A stretch of DNA of 64,000 nt, from contig DATCTN010000021.1 of the NCBI GenBank assembly GCA_036567965.1, positions 8,906 to 72,905 on the forward strand, in the 5' to 3' direction. A program made the translations under genes and the position numbers. Below the pieces are notes generated by a model that saw nothing but the letters and a program-made list of their open reading frames with translations, was not told the DNA's origin and did no database searches. Positions 35,548-44,104 of this stretch are shown here, one piece after another (position 1 is the first letter of the stretch; the number at the start of each line of letters is the position of its first letter). The stretch comes from Candidatus Kryptoniota bacterium. GTDB lineage: Bacteria; Bacteroidota; Ignavibacteria; Kryptoniales; JAKASW01.

Positions 35548-38148
35548 ATGTCTGACTTGATCAGGCGCCTTATCCTGACCGTCCTCTTGATTGCATCGAT
35601 GCTTTCGATGATGACGGACGCAGTTTATGCCTTAGATCCCCAAAAGACAATTTCGCAGTATGGTCACAATGTCTGGCTGCGACAGAACGGTCTTCCGGCA
35701 AATCTGGTGAACGTTGCATTCCACACTAGCGACGGATATTTATGGCTAGGCACTTCGGCCGGGTTGTTTAGATTTGACGGAGTGAATTTCACAAATGTCC
35801 CGACCAATCCACTAAATCCGCGTGACAGGGAAACAGTGACAGCGCTGTGCCAGACGAGCGACGGAAGTCTCTGGATCGGAACCATATTCAGCGGACTCCG
35901 CAGACTGAGTGGTGACAGCATGTCTGTCTACGGATTGAAACAGGGATTCTACGACACTCAAGTATGGTCGTTAATGGAAGATAAGTCGGGACATCTCCTC
36001 ATTGGCACTTCAATCGGGCTATTTACATTTACGGCAGGAGGTTTCAAACCGATCCTTGAAAGCCCGAACTACGTTGCAGCTGTTTGTGAAGACTCTCTCG
36101 AAAGGATTTGGGTTGGAACGCATGATGGCGTATTTGTTTTCCCGGAATCTTTGCTGACGGATAAGTCCGGATCTATCAGGATGCAAAATATTTCGTCTAA
36201 AGACGGCCTGCCCAACGACGTAACAACATGCCTTCTTGCCGATGAGCGGGGAGGTGTCTGGATCGGGTCTTACAGCGGGCTCGCTTATTGGATAAATGGA
36301 AAGATCTCTACTTTCGGTATGAACAACGGGCTACCAGACTACCATGTCAATTCCATATTTGAGGACCGGGATGGAAATATCTGGGTCGGCACAAGAAACG
36401 GCCTCAGCAGGTTTAATGGCGGAAAGTGGACGACTTATAATCAGAACGACGGGTTGACCGACAACAATGTAACTTCATTCGAAGAAGACAATGAAGGAAG
36501 TCTGTGGGTGGGTACGTCGAACGGATTGAATCAGTTCGAAGACGTAAACATGACCACCTACACGACGAGCGAAGGACTCGCCAGCAATTACCTATCCAGT
36601 GTTCTGGAGACGCAAGATGGTACGCTCTATTTCCTGAGCGATCAGGGGGCGAGTGTCACAGCCATGAAGAATGGTGAGACGAGGGTTTACAACATTTCGG
36701 TTGGTCCCGCATACGTATCGCGTGACGGCAGTCTTTGGATCGGCCAGACCGGCGTGCTCAACCGCATCAAAGACGGCATCCTGACCTCCTATAAATCGGA
36801 AGCTGGAATCCCGGTCAAGTGGATCTCCGCCATAACTGAAGATAGTAGAAGCCTCATTATATATGTCGACCACACAGGCCTTTTCAGGTTTAAGAACGGG
36901 ATGATCTCACCGTATAAGATTTCAAGCGGTGCGGAGTATCCCGCTGCAGAGGCTGTCATGTGTTTCTACTGGCAAAGGAGCGGCGACATATTGTGGGTGG
37001 GAGCGGCAGACTCGCTCGTAAAAATTGAAGGAGGGAAGATCACCGGTTACACGACCGCCGACGGACTCGCGGGAAACTGGAACAGTTCTTTTTATGACGA
37101 TCACCAGGGGAATTTGTGGATCAGCTCTCCCCAGGGAGGTTTAACGCGTTATCATGACGGCAAATTCACAGCGTACAACACAAGCGTCGGACTATTCACT
37201 AACTCTATATTCTGTGTTGTCGGCGACAATGACGGCGGCCTCTGGCTCAGCAGCCCGAGGGGGGTAGGACTGGTCTCGCTAACGGAGTTGAATGATTTCG
37301 CCGCACGCCGCGTCGATAGTATCCAGACGAAGGTGTTTGGCGTCGAAGACGGAATGAAGCGGGAAGAGTGCTTCGGGTTCTGGCAGCCTGCCGGCTGGAA
37401 AGACTTGCACGGAAATATCTGGTTCGCGACTCGCGAGGGCGCGGTGACTTTTAATCCGCGAAAGTTCAAATTAAATCAAATTGCACCTTCGGTTCTTGTT
37501 GAGCAGGTCGTTGCCGACAATATGGCCGTACCTCACCACGGATCTGTTGTGTTACCGCCCGGGACAGACAAGCTTGAGTTTCACTACACGGCGTTAAGTC
37601 TTGCCGCTCCAGATCGGGTGATGTTCAAATATGAACTGGTGGGATATGACAACACCTGGGTTGATCCGGGAACGCGACGCGTGGCCTACTATACTAACCT
37701 TCCTCCCGGAGAATACAAGTTCCGTGTGATCGCGTGCAACAACGACGGAATTTGGAATTACTCGGGAGCTGAATTCAGTTTTAACCTGAAGCCGCATTTT
37801 TACGAAACCTACTGGTTCTACATCCTGATGATATTATTGTTTTGCGGAGTGGCGTTCGGAATCTATCGATTGCGTGTTTGGCAGCTCCTCGCAAAGGAGA
37901 AGGAACTGAACGTTCGTATCCAGGAAGCACTGGCAAACATCAAGACGCTCGGCGGCCTGATTCCAATTTGTTCTAACTGCAAGAAAATCCGCGACGATAA
38001 AGGCTATTGGGAACAGCTCGAAGGATATATACAGAGTCACTCAGAAGCGCAGTTCTCACATGGCATTTGCCCCGATTGTGCCGCGAAACTCTATCCGGAT
38101 TACTACAAGTCGAAAGGCAATGAACCGGACAGTTCCTCCGGCCGATAA
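35548..38148 (+). CDS. Transmembrane sensor: two-component-regulator propellers plus Y_Y_Y domain plus TM helix plus short 4-Cys cytoplasmic tail (no kinase)
   Basis: Signal/TM segment LILTVLLIASMLSMM. Many GL..n.V..i.eD..G.lWiGT propeller repeats. Y_Y_Y motif PGEYKFRVIACNNDGIWN. TM helix YWFYILMILLFCGVAFGIY. Tail IPICSNCKKIRDDKGYWEQLEGYIQSHSEAQFSHGICPDC. Confidence 0.85.
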   Translation: MSDLIRRLILTVLLIASMLSMMTDAVYALDPQKTISQYGHNVWLRQNGLPANLVNVAFHTSDGYLWLGTSAGLFRFDGVNFTNVPTNPLNPRDRETVTALCQTSDGSLWIGTIFSGLRRLSGDSMSVYGLKQGFYDTQVWSLMEDKSGHLLIGTSIGLFTFTAGGFKPILESPNYVAAVCEDSLERIWVGTHDGVFVFPESLLTDKSGSIRMQNISSKDGLPNDVTTCLLADERGGVWIGSYSGLAYWINGKISTFGMNNGLPDYHVNSIFEDRDGNIWVGTRNGLSRFNGGKWTTYNQNDGLTDNNVTSFEEDNEGSLWVGTSNGLNQFEDVNMTTYTTSEGLASNYLSSVLETQDGTLYFLSDQGASVTAMKNGETRVYNISVGPAYVSRDGSLWIGQTGVLNRIKDGILTSYKSEAGIPVKWISAITEDSRSLIIYVDHTGLFRFKNGMISPYKISSGAEYPAAEAVMCFYWQRSGDILWVGAADSLVKIEGGKITGYTTADGLAGNWNSSFYDDHQGNLWISSPQGGLTRYHDGKFTAYNTSVGLFTNSIFCVVGDNDGGLWLSSPRGVGLVSLTELNDFAARRVDSIQTKVFGVEDGMKREECFGFWQPAGWKDLHGNIWFATREGAVTFNPRKFKLNQIAPSVLVEQVVADNMAVPHHGSVVLPPGTDKLEFHYTALSLAAPDRVMFKYELVGYDNTWVDPGTRRVAYYTNLPPGEYKFRVIACNNDGIWNYSGAEFSFNLKPHFYETYWFYILMILLFCGVAFGIYRLRVWQLLAKEKELNVRIQEALANIKTLGGLIPICSNCKKIRDDKGYWEQLEGYIQSHSEAQFSHGICPDCAAKLYPDYYKSKGNEPDSSSGR

Positions 38149-38190
38149 GCTCTGTACATTTCGTCCCGGGCGCGCATCCTGCCGGGTAAA

Positions 38191-39633
38191 TCAGTTCGTT
38201 CCGCTTTTTTTCCAGAGGGCGTTCATTTGTTCGAGGGATACGCCCTTCGTCTCCGGAACCATTCTCCACATGAACAGTCCGGCGAGAATCGCCATCAGAC
38301 CATATACCCAGTACGCAAACCCGTGGTGGAACATCTGTGTCAATAATGTGCTCTTGTCGAGCATGGGGAATGTCCACGACACGAGATAGTTTGAAATCCA
38401 CATCACCGCCACTGAAATTGACATCGCTTTTCCCCTGATCTCATTCGGGAAAATCTCGGACAGCAATACCCATACGATCGGTCCCCACGAAAAAGAAAAG
38501 CCGGCCATGAAAATGAGCATGCACACGAGCGCGCCGATGCCGAGGCTGGAAGTTTGAAATACAAAACCGAGGCCGATCATTGATATCGCCATTACTCCCG
38601 CCCCGGCCAACTGAAGAGGCTTGCGTCCGAACCGGTCGACTGTGGTAATGGCGACGATAGTGAAAAGAAAATTCACGGATCCCACGATTAGTGTTTGCAG
38701 GAGCGCGGCGCTCGTCCCGCTGCCAAGGTTCTTGAAAATCTCCGGGCCGTAGTAGAGCACGACATTGATTCCCACAAATTGTTGGAAGAAAGCCAGAAGA
38801 ATTCCGATCATCACCAACTTCAGCCCGAATGACAAGAGTCTTCCTTGCTTGAACGCGAAGGAGTTCTTGATCTCATCTATAATGCGACGCGCGTCCTCCT
38901 CTCCGTTAACCCTGATGAGTATCCGCAGAGCTTTCTCGTTTTGATCGTTCATGATAAGCCATCTCGGCGATTCAGGGATGAAGAACAGAAGAATGAAGAA
39001 AAGACAGGCCGGGATTATTTCCGAACCGAACATCCATCTCCAGCCTGATTCGTTCAACCACACCTCGTTTCCCTGGAATGAGACAAAATAATTCACGAAG
39101 TACACAAGGATCATCCCGATAATTATTGCGAGCTGGTTATATGAGACAAGCTTGCCCCTTTTCCGCGCCGGCGCGATTTCTGCGATGTACATTGGGGAGA
39201 GAAGCGATGCCATCCCCACTCCTATCCCGCCGATGATCCTGTAAATGGTGAATTGCGTCAGAAATGAATAACCGCCGGTTCCGATTGCCTTGTAACCCAA
39301 TTCCGGAAGTGCGGAACCTACCGATGTTATCATGAAAAGTATCGCGGAGATAAGGAGCGATGTTCTCCGTCCGAATTTGTTGCTCATGAATCCCGCTATC
39401 GCGCCGCCGATAATGCATCCTATCAGCGCACTTGAGACCGCGAATCCGAGGAGAGAATTTGCCGACGTTTCCGCCAGCCCTCTCGGGAGTACGAAATAAT
39501 AGTTGAGTGCGCTCACCGTTCCCGATATGACCGCCGTGTCATATCCGAACAACAATCCTCCGAGTGTCGCGACCAACGTAATTAGTAGGGAGTAAGAGTC
39601 TTTCTGATTTTCCTGAGAGTCATTCATCGTCAT
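38191..39633 (-). CDS. MFS sugar porter (sugar:H+ symporter family)
   Basis: Sugar-porter signatures are present: GGLLFGYDTAVISG, FGRR, PESPRWL, PETKG. It has 12 TM segments. Confidence 0.9.
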   Translation of the reverse strand: MTMNDSQENQKDSYSLLITLVATLGGLLFGYDTAVISGTVSALNYYFVLPRGLAETSANSLLGFAVSSALIGCIIGGAIAGFMSNKFGRRTSLLISAILFMITSVGSALPELGYKAIGTGGYSFLTQFTIYRIIGGIGVGMASLLSPMYIAEIAPARKRGKLVSYNQLAIIIGMILVYFVNYFVSFQGNEVWLNESGWRWMFGSEIIPACLFFILLFFIPESPRWLIMNDQNEKALRILIRVNGEEDARRIIDEIKNSFAFKQGRLLSFGLKLVMIGILLAFFQQFVGINVVLYYGPEIFKNLGSGTSAALLQTLIVGSVNFLFTIVAITTVDRFGRKPLQLAGAGVMAISMIGLGFVFQTSSLGIGALVCMLIFMAGFSFSWGPIVWVLLSEIFPNEIRGKAMSISVAVMWISNYLVSWTFPMLDKSTLLTQMFHHGFAYWVYGLMAILAGLFMWRMVPETKGVSLEQMNALWKKSGTN

Positions 39634-39719
39634 GCCCGGTTCTTTCTTTTCCCGACTGGGATATCAATATCATCAATCGGCAGATTCGATTTCCCCCTCG
39701 ATTCGACGTGGAACGATCT

Positions 39720-40649
39720 TCACTTTCTCGATCGGACGACTTCCGCGATCTTCCTGATATGCTCAGGCGTTGTACCGCAGCATCCGCCGATTATGTTTGC
39801 GCCTGCTTCAATGAGCGGATTTATCCACAACACAATGTCCTCCGGTGATTGAGGATAGACCGTCTTCCCGTTCATCGTTAGTGGCAAACCGGCGTTCGCC
39901 TGGATGAGTACCGGTATGGTGCCGTCGACGCGCCGCAGTTCCTTCGTTATGTCGACCATTGCCTCGATTCCGTTTCCGCAATTAGCTCCGATGATGTCTG
40001 CACCTGAGGCGATGAGCGCATCTGCTGCAGCTTCCGGTGTTGTGCCCATCATCGTGTGGAATCCTGCTTCTTTATTCCCGTCAAACGTCATTGTACAGAT
40101 CACTTCGCATGTAGTACTGTCACGCGCTGCTTGTATCGCGCAGCGCGCCTCTTCGATATCAAACATGGTCTCCACCACGATAGCGTCGGCGCCTCCGGAT
40201 GCAAGCGCCTCTGCCTGCTCAGCAAAACATTTGTACAATTCTTCGGTTGTTATGTCTTCCATCATTAGAATTTTTCCTGTGGGTCCGACTGAACCGAGGA
40301 CATACACATGGTCGCCGGCCGCTTCGCGCGAAATTTCTGCCGCGGTCTTGTTTATCAAGACAGTCTTGTCTGCCAGCCCGTAAGAGTGGAGCTTTACTCG
40401 GCTTCCGCCGAAGCTGTTGGTCTCGATCATGTCGGCACCGGCACTCACATAGCTTCGCGCTATGTCCAGGACTTCAGATCTGTGTTCAAGGTTCCACAGT
40501 TCGGGGCACTCGTTCAACTTGAGACCCTTCTTGTGGAGCTCGGTACCCCATGCGCCGTCCGAAATGAGGATTTCTCCGGCCAGGATTCTTGCCTTTATTT
40601 TATTCTTAGGGTTCAACGAGTTGTCTCCATGTAATCTAAAGGTTCGCAA
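39720..40649 (-). CDS. Homocysteine S-methyltransferase-domain protein (MetH Hcy-binding-module-like)
   Basis: LISDGAWGTEL, GADMIETNSFG, and Zn-ligand cysteines in GANCGNG and GGCCGTTPEHI. There is no pterin-binding or B12 domain in this ORF. Confidence 0.85.
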   Translation of the reverse strand: MRTFRLHGDNSLNPKNKIKARILAGEILISDGAWGTELHKKGLKLNECPELWNLEHRSEVLDIARSYVSAGADMIETNSFGGSRVKLHSYGLADKTVLINKTAAEISREAAGDHVYVLGSVGPTGKILMMEDITTEELYKCFAEQAEALASGGADAIVVETMFDIEEARCAIQAARDSTTCEVICTMTFDGNKEAGFHTMMGTTPEAAADALIASGADIIGANCGNGIEAMVDITKELRRVDGTIPVLIQANAGLPLTMNGKTVYPQSPEDIVLWINPLIEAGANIIGGCCGTTPEHIRKIAEVVRSRK

Positions 40650-41632
40650 AGCGCAAGAAGGTTCTTACTCGGCGTGCCCGCGGGAATCTCGCATCCGGCA
40701 TTGACCATGAACGGGTTCCCCACGATCCTGTACGAGTTCACGACGTGTGACCGGATCGATGCCGGTGTCCCTCTCAAGACACCTGAGACGGGGTCGATGT
40801 TCCCGCTGATCGCAACTCGCGGGCCCACGGCCTCACGAACCGCCGCGAGATCCACCATATGGTCCACATCAAGAATGTCGACGTCGAGTCCGGCGATGCC
40901 CGGTAGAAGGTGGGTGATATTCCCGCAGATGTGAAGTCTGACTAATGCTCCGGACGAGTGTATCGCATCGACAAGCAACTTCTCTCTCTGTTGTATCAGA
41001 GTTTCGTAAGTCTCGGGCGGAAGCTGGCTCGCTACGGCGTCTCCGATCCCTATTGTGTCGGCGCCTGCAGCTACCTGTGCTTTCGCAAAACTTATTCCGG
41101 CTTGCGTGCAAATGTCCATCAGGTCTGCGACGAAGCCGCTGTCTTCTATCGTGTCCATCATGAAATTCGCCACGTCGCGCAGGTCGGCTGCTTCGGCTGC
41201 AGGTCCCTCGACCCAGCCCATAATCGAGAAATCTTTGGAATCCAGTCGTCTGTAATCCTCAATGGCCCGAATCCGGTCCGCCATCCTCGTCGATGTTTTG
41301 CTGTCGGGCTTTAAAAGGAATGACAGGTCTTTGGAATTTTCAAGTGGGTGAGTGCAGCGCGGTACACCATCGCGAACATAAGTTATCTTCCCGCCAAATC
41401 CCTCCGTCTCCCGGTATGGATCCGATATCGCGCTGAGCTGGTCGAAACCGAATTCACGCGCACACCTGCGGTTCGCCTCAACAAGTACTTGGAAATCAGA
41501 GGCGAACTCTCCGTAATTGGATCCGATACGCTCGGCGGCATACTGCATCACTATCGGGATGCGTGGTACATGGTCGACTCGTTCGCCCTTTAACATCCCG
41601 AGGTATCGTTCAAGGCTGTTCACCTGGAGCAC
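40613..41632 (-). CDS. UROD/MtaA-family methyltransferase, paralogue C
   Basis: N-terminal GERVDHVPRIP. Zn motif H-x-C in VRLHICGN and a distal Cys in NAGCEIPAGTP, as in methylcobamide methyltransferases (MtaA/MtbA). Confidence 0.75.
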   Translation of the reverse strand: MLQVNSLERYLGMLKGERVDHVPRIPIVMQYAAERIGSNYGEFASDFQVLVEANRRCAREFGFDQLSAISDPYRETEGFGGKITYVRDGVPRCTHPLENSKDLSFLLKPDSKTSTRMADRIRAIEDYRRLDSKDFSIMGWVEGPAAEAADLRDVANFMMDTIEDSGFVADLMDICTQAGISFAKAQVAAGADTIGIGDAVASQLPPETYETLIQQREKLLVDAIHSSGALVRLHICGNITHLLPGIAGLDVDILDVDHMVDLAAVREAVGPRVAISGNIDPVSGVLRGTPASIRSHVVNSYRIVGNPFMVNAGCEIPAGTPSKNLLALCEPLDYMETTR

Positions 41633-41641
41633 CTTTCACAA

Positions 41642-42361
41642 TTACTCAACAGAGTCATCCCGTCGTCTCAGATTCCTGTAGAGACAATCTGAATCCTCGC
41701 AGAGGCTGCAAGTATAAGGGTTGAATTTAACCGATGTTCCGATCCCGATTATACCGCTCACTGATTTTACGGGGCGCATAAGACAAGAATCTGTCAACTC
41801 AATTCCACAGAACCTGTCGGGAAGGAGACTGAATAGTTTCTTTTGCTCCGATACGTCCCATCCGCAATAGCCGGGGCTATAGCGGTTCGTGATTTTCAAG
41901 CCAAGCTTCCCAACATACTGCTTCAGTGATTCCTGGACATAATCCATCCCGCTTTCGACCGCCAGGGAACCGTAAACATCGTAGATATATCCTTTGAGAA
42001 AATCTCCTTCCTTCATGAGCGCTCTGGATTTTTCGATGATTTCGTTTCCCGCAGTGCAGACAAAAATGGCGATTTGCTCCGATCTTCTGAGTTGTTGAAA
42101 GACGACTTTTCTGGTCTCGAAATGTTTTTTTTCGGCAATAAGCATGCCTTGCTCGTCGTCGAATTCTAGACCACCGACTAACCTGTAGCCGCCGACCACT
42201 TTGCATAACATCCCGGCGTCCTCGAGGACTTCTTCGATTGTCTCGTTCACCTGAGGAGGAGCGGCTGCAGGCCCGTATCCGATTACAATAGCGATCTCTG
42301 ATTTTGAAACGATAATGTCTTTCGATTCGATTGAATATGTCTCAATATCTGAAGGCGTCAA
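41642..42361 (-). CDS. Methionine-synthase activation-domain-like protein (Met_synt_B12)
   Basis: NRYSPGYCGWDVSEQKKLFSLLP...GIELTDSCLMRPVKSVSGIIGIG matches the RxSPGYgdW...P.KS.sg core of the MetH reactivation (SAM-binding) domain. Confidence 0.75.
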   Translation of the reverse strand: MTPSDIETYSIESKDIIVSKSEIAIVIGYGPAAAPPQVNETIEEVLEDAGMLCKVVGGYRLVGGLEFDDEQGMLIAEKKHFETRKVVFQQLRRSEQIAIFVCTAGNEIIEKSRALMKEGDFLKGYIYDVYGSLAVESGMDYVQESLKQYVGKLGLKITNRYSPGYCGWDVSEQKKLFSLLPDRFCGIELTDSCLMRPVKSVSGIIGIGTSVKFNPYTCSLCEDSDCLYRNLRRRDDSVE

Positions 42362-43385
42362 TTACTCTCCTCTCATGTTTGGCGTTGAATTCCCTGACTG
42401 CCTTGAAGAAGGCCGCTACATTTTCTGCCGGCGTGCCTGGCGGGAGATCGCATCCGGAAGATATTATGAAATTCCCCTTCGAAATGGTTGCCGACAAGAG
42501 CTGGGCGGTTGACTCGTGAACTCTGTCGGGGGTGGAGGATTTGAAGACTCCGACGGGATCCAAGTTTCCCATCACGAGAACATTGGAAGGGACAATCGAG
42601 AGCACGTCGAGCAAGTCGACCTTATTCCCAAAGTGAAGTCCTCCCGCTCCGGTTGAGATCATCGATCGGGTTACGTGCCCGGTATTTCCACAATTATGGA
42701 GAATGAATAGAAAGCTGCCGTCTTGTACTTGAGATACAATTTCTCTGATATAATGAGAAGAGAAATCGTCGCATAAATCGGCAGACAACAATCCTGCAGC
42801 TGGTTCAGCCATGATTATTCCGTCGGCCCCAACCTTTTTTGTTTCCAGGATATATTGGGCGAGAAACAGTGAGCATTTTCTAACAAGAACTGATATCGCC
42901 TCCGGTTCGATAAGGATGGAGGTCATGATTTCGGATAGCCCGAAAAGTCTCCCAGCGAGTGAGAAGGGGCCGATGCAGACTGCAAACACAGGCTTGTCAG
43001 TTATTGTCTTTGTCACATTCTGTAGGGAACTCAGTTGCTGCCGGATGCGCGCCATATTGAGAGAAGGGACGACAAGTTTTTCAATGGCTGCCGAATCCTC
43101 GAGAAGCTTACCTGACAAGGAAGGTATTTCGTTTTCATGAAAATCCACGTCGGATCCGAATGCTTCTGCTTCGAGCGTCAAATCCATCATCATTGTTGCA
43201 GCATCGGGGGCGAATCGCTTTTGAATCGCGATAATCGCCGAGTATTGTACTTCATGAGATTTGACTGCATCGATTGTTCGCTTCCGAATAATCTCGATTC
43301 CGGGATGCGTCATTATCGGTATAGCAAGCCTCTTCGGGGAATTGCGAATGGACTTAACCCATTCTTCCATGTTGCGGTTCAACAT
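42342..43385 (-). CDS. UROD/MtaA-family methyltransferase, paralogue B
   Basis: H-x-C in FILHNCGN and a distal Cys in SSGCDLPPGTP. AEAFG and MAEP motifs are typical of MtaA/CmuA-like proteins. Confidence 0.8.
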   Translation of the reverse strand: MLNRNMEEWVKSIRNSPKRLAIPIMTHPGIEIIRKRTIDAVKSHEVQYSAIIAIQKRFAPDAATMMMDLTLEAEAFGSDVDFHENEIPSLSGKLLEDSAAIEKLVVPSLNMARIRQQLSSLQNVTKTITDKPVFAVCIGPFSLAGRLFGLSEIMTSILIEPEAISVLVRKCSLFLAQYILETKKVGADGIIMAEPAAGLLSADLCDDFSSHYIREIVSQVQDGSFLFILHNCGNTGHVTRSMISTGAGGLHFGNKVDLLDVLSIVPSNVLVMGNLDPVGVFKSSTPDRVHESTAQLLSATISKGNFIISSGCDLPPGTPAENVAAFFKAVREFNAKHERRVIDAFRY

Positions 43386-43399
43386 CTCGGCATCTTCTT

Positions 43400-44068
43400 T
43401 CAGGTTGAGAGCTGGTTCAAATACTTGACTGCTCCCTGAGGATCCGGAGAGTAAAAGTTCGCGCCGATGCTCGCGCAGAAATCAGCGGACAGGGGAGCAC
43501 CACCGACAAGTATTACCTTCTCAGGATATTTGTCGCGTATTCCTCTAACGATCGATCCCATGTTTGCCATCGTGGTTGTCAGAAGGGCGGACATCCCGAC
43601 GACACAGTCCGGATATTTCCCGATCGCGTCGAGAAATTTCTCGCTCCTGACGTCGACTCCGAGATCGATTACCTCCCAACCTGCACCTTCAACAGTCATT
43701 GCGACAATATTCTTGCCGATGTCGTGAAGGTCGCCCATCACAGTTCCGACTACAAACACGCCCTTCCGTTTTATTTCGCCCGACGCGAAATAGGGTTTCA
43801 GGTGCTTCATCGCTGCCGTCATCGCTTTGGCCGCGATCAACATTTCGGGCACGAATGCTTTTCCTTGAGAAAATTTGTCGCCGATCCTCGACATCCCGGG
43901 AATCAGTGCGTCGTTAAGGATTTCCTCCGGATTGATCCCGATGTCCAGGGCAGCTTTACAAAGTTCATCCGCTCCATCCTGACCTTTCATCGCCGGCGGA
44001 AACGGCGACGCTTTATTGATTTTCCCGAACTCGATGCAGGTGGTCAGTTGTTCAAGAATCTGGTTCAT
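43400..44068 (-). CDS. Corrinoid (cobalamin-binding) methyl-carrier protein
   Basis: B12-binding_2 cap helix bundle plus Rossmann domain. It has the base-off/His-on motif GDLHDIGKN (DxHxxG), SALLTTTM and VGGAP. Length is 222 aa, typical of MtaC/MtbC-type proteins. Confidence 0.9.
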   Translation of the reverse strand: MNQILEQLTTCIEFGKINKASPFPPAMKGQDGADELCKAALDIGINPEEILNDALIPGMSRIGDKFSQGKAFVPEMLIAAKAMTAAMKHLKPYFASGEIKRKGVFVVGTVMGDLHDIGKNIVAMTVEGAGWEVIDLGVDVRSEKFLDAIGKYPDCVVGMSALLTTTMANMGSIVRGIRDKYPEKVILVGGAPLSADFCASIGANFYSPDPQGAVKYLNQLST

Positions 44069-44104
44069 CTAGTAGTCCTTTGAGAAAGAAGTCGATTTGT
44101 AAAT

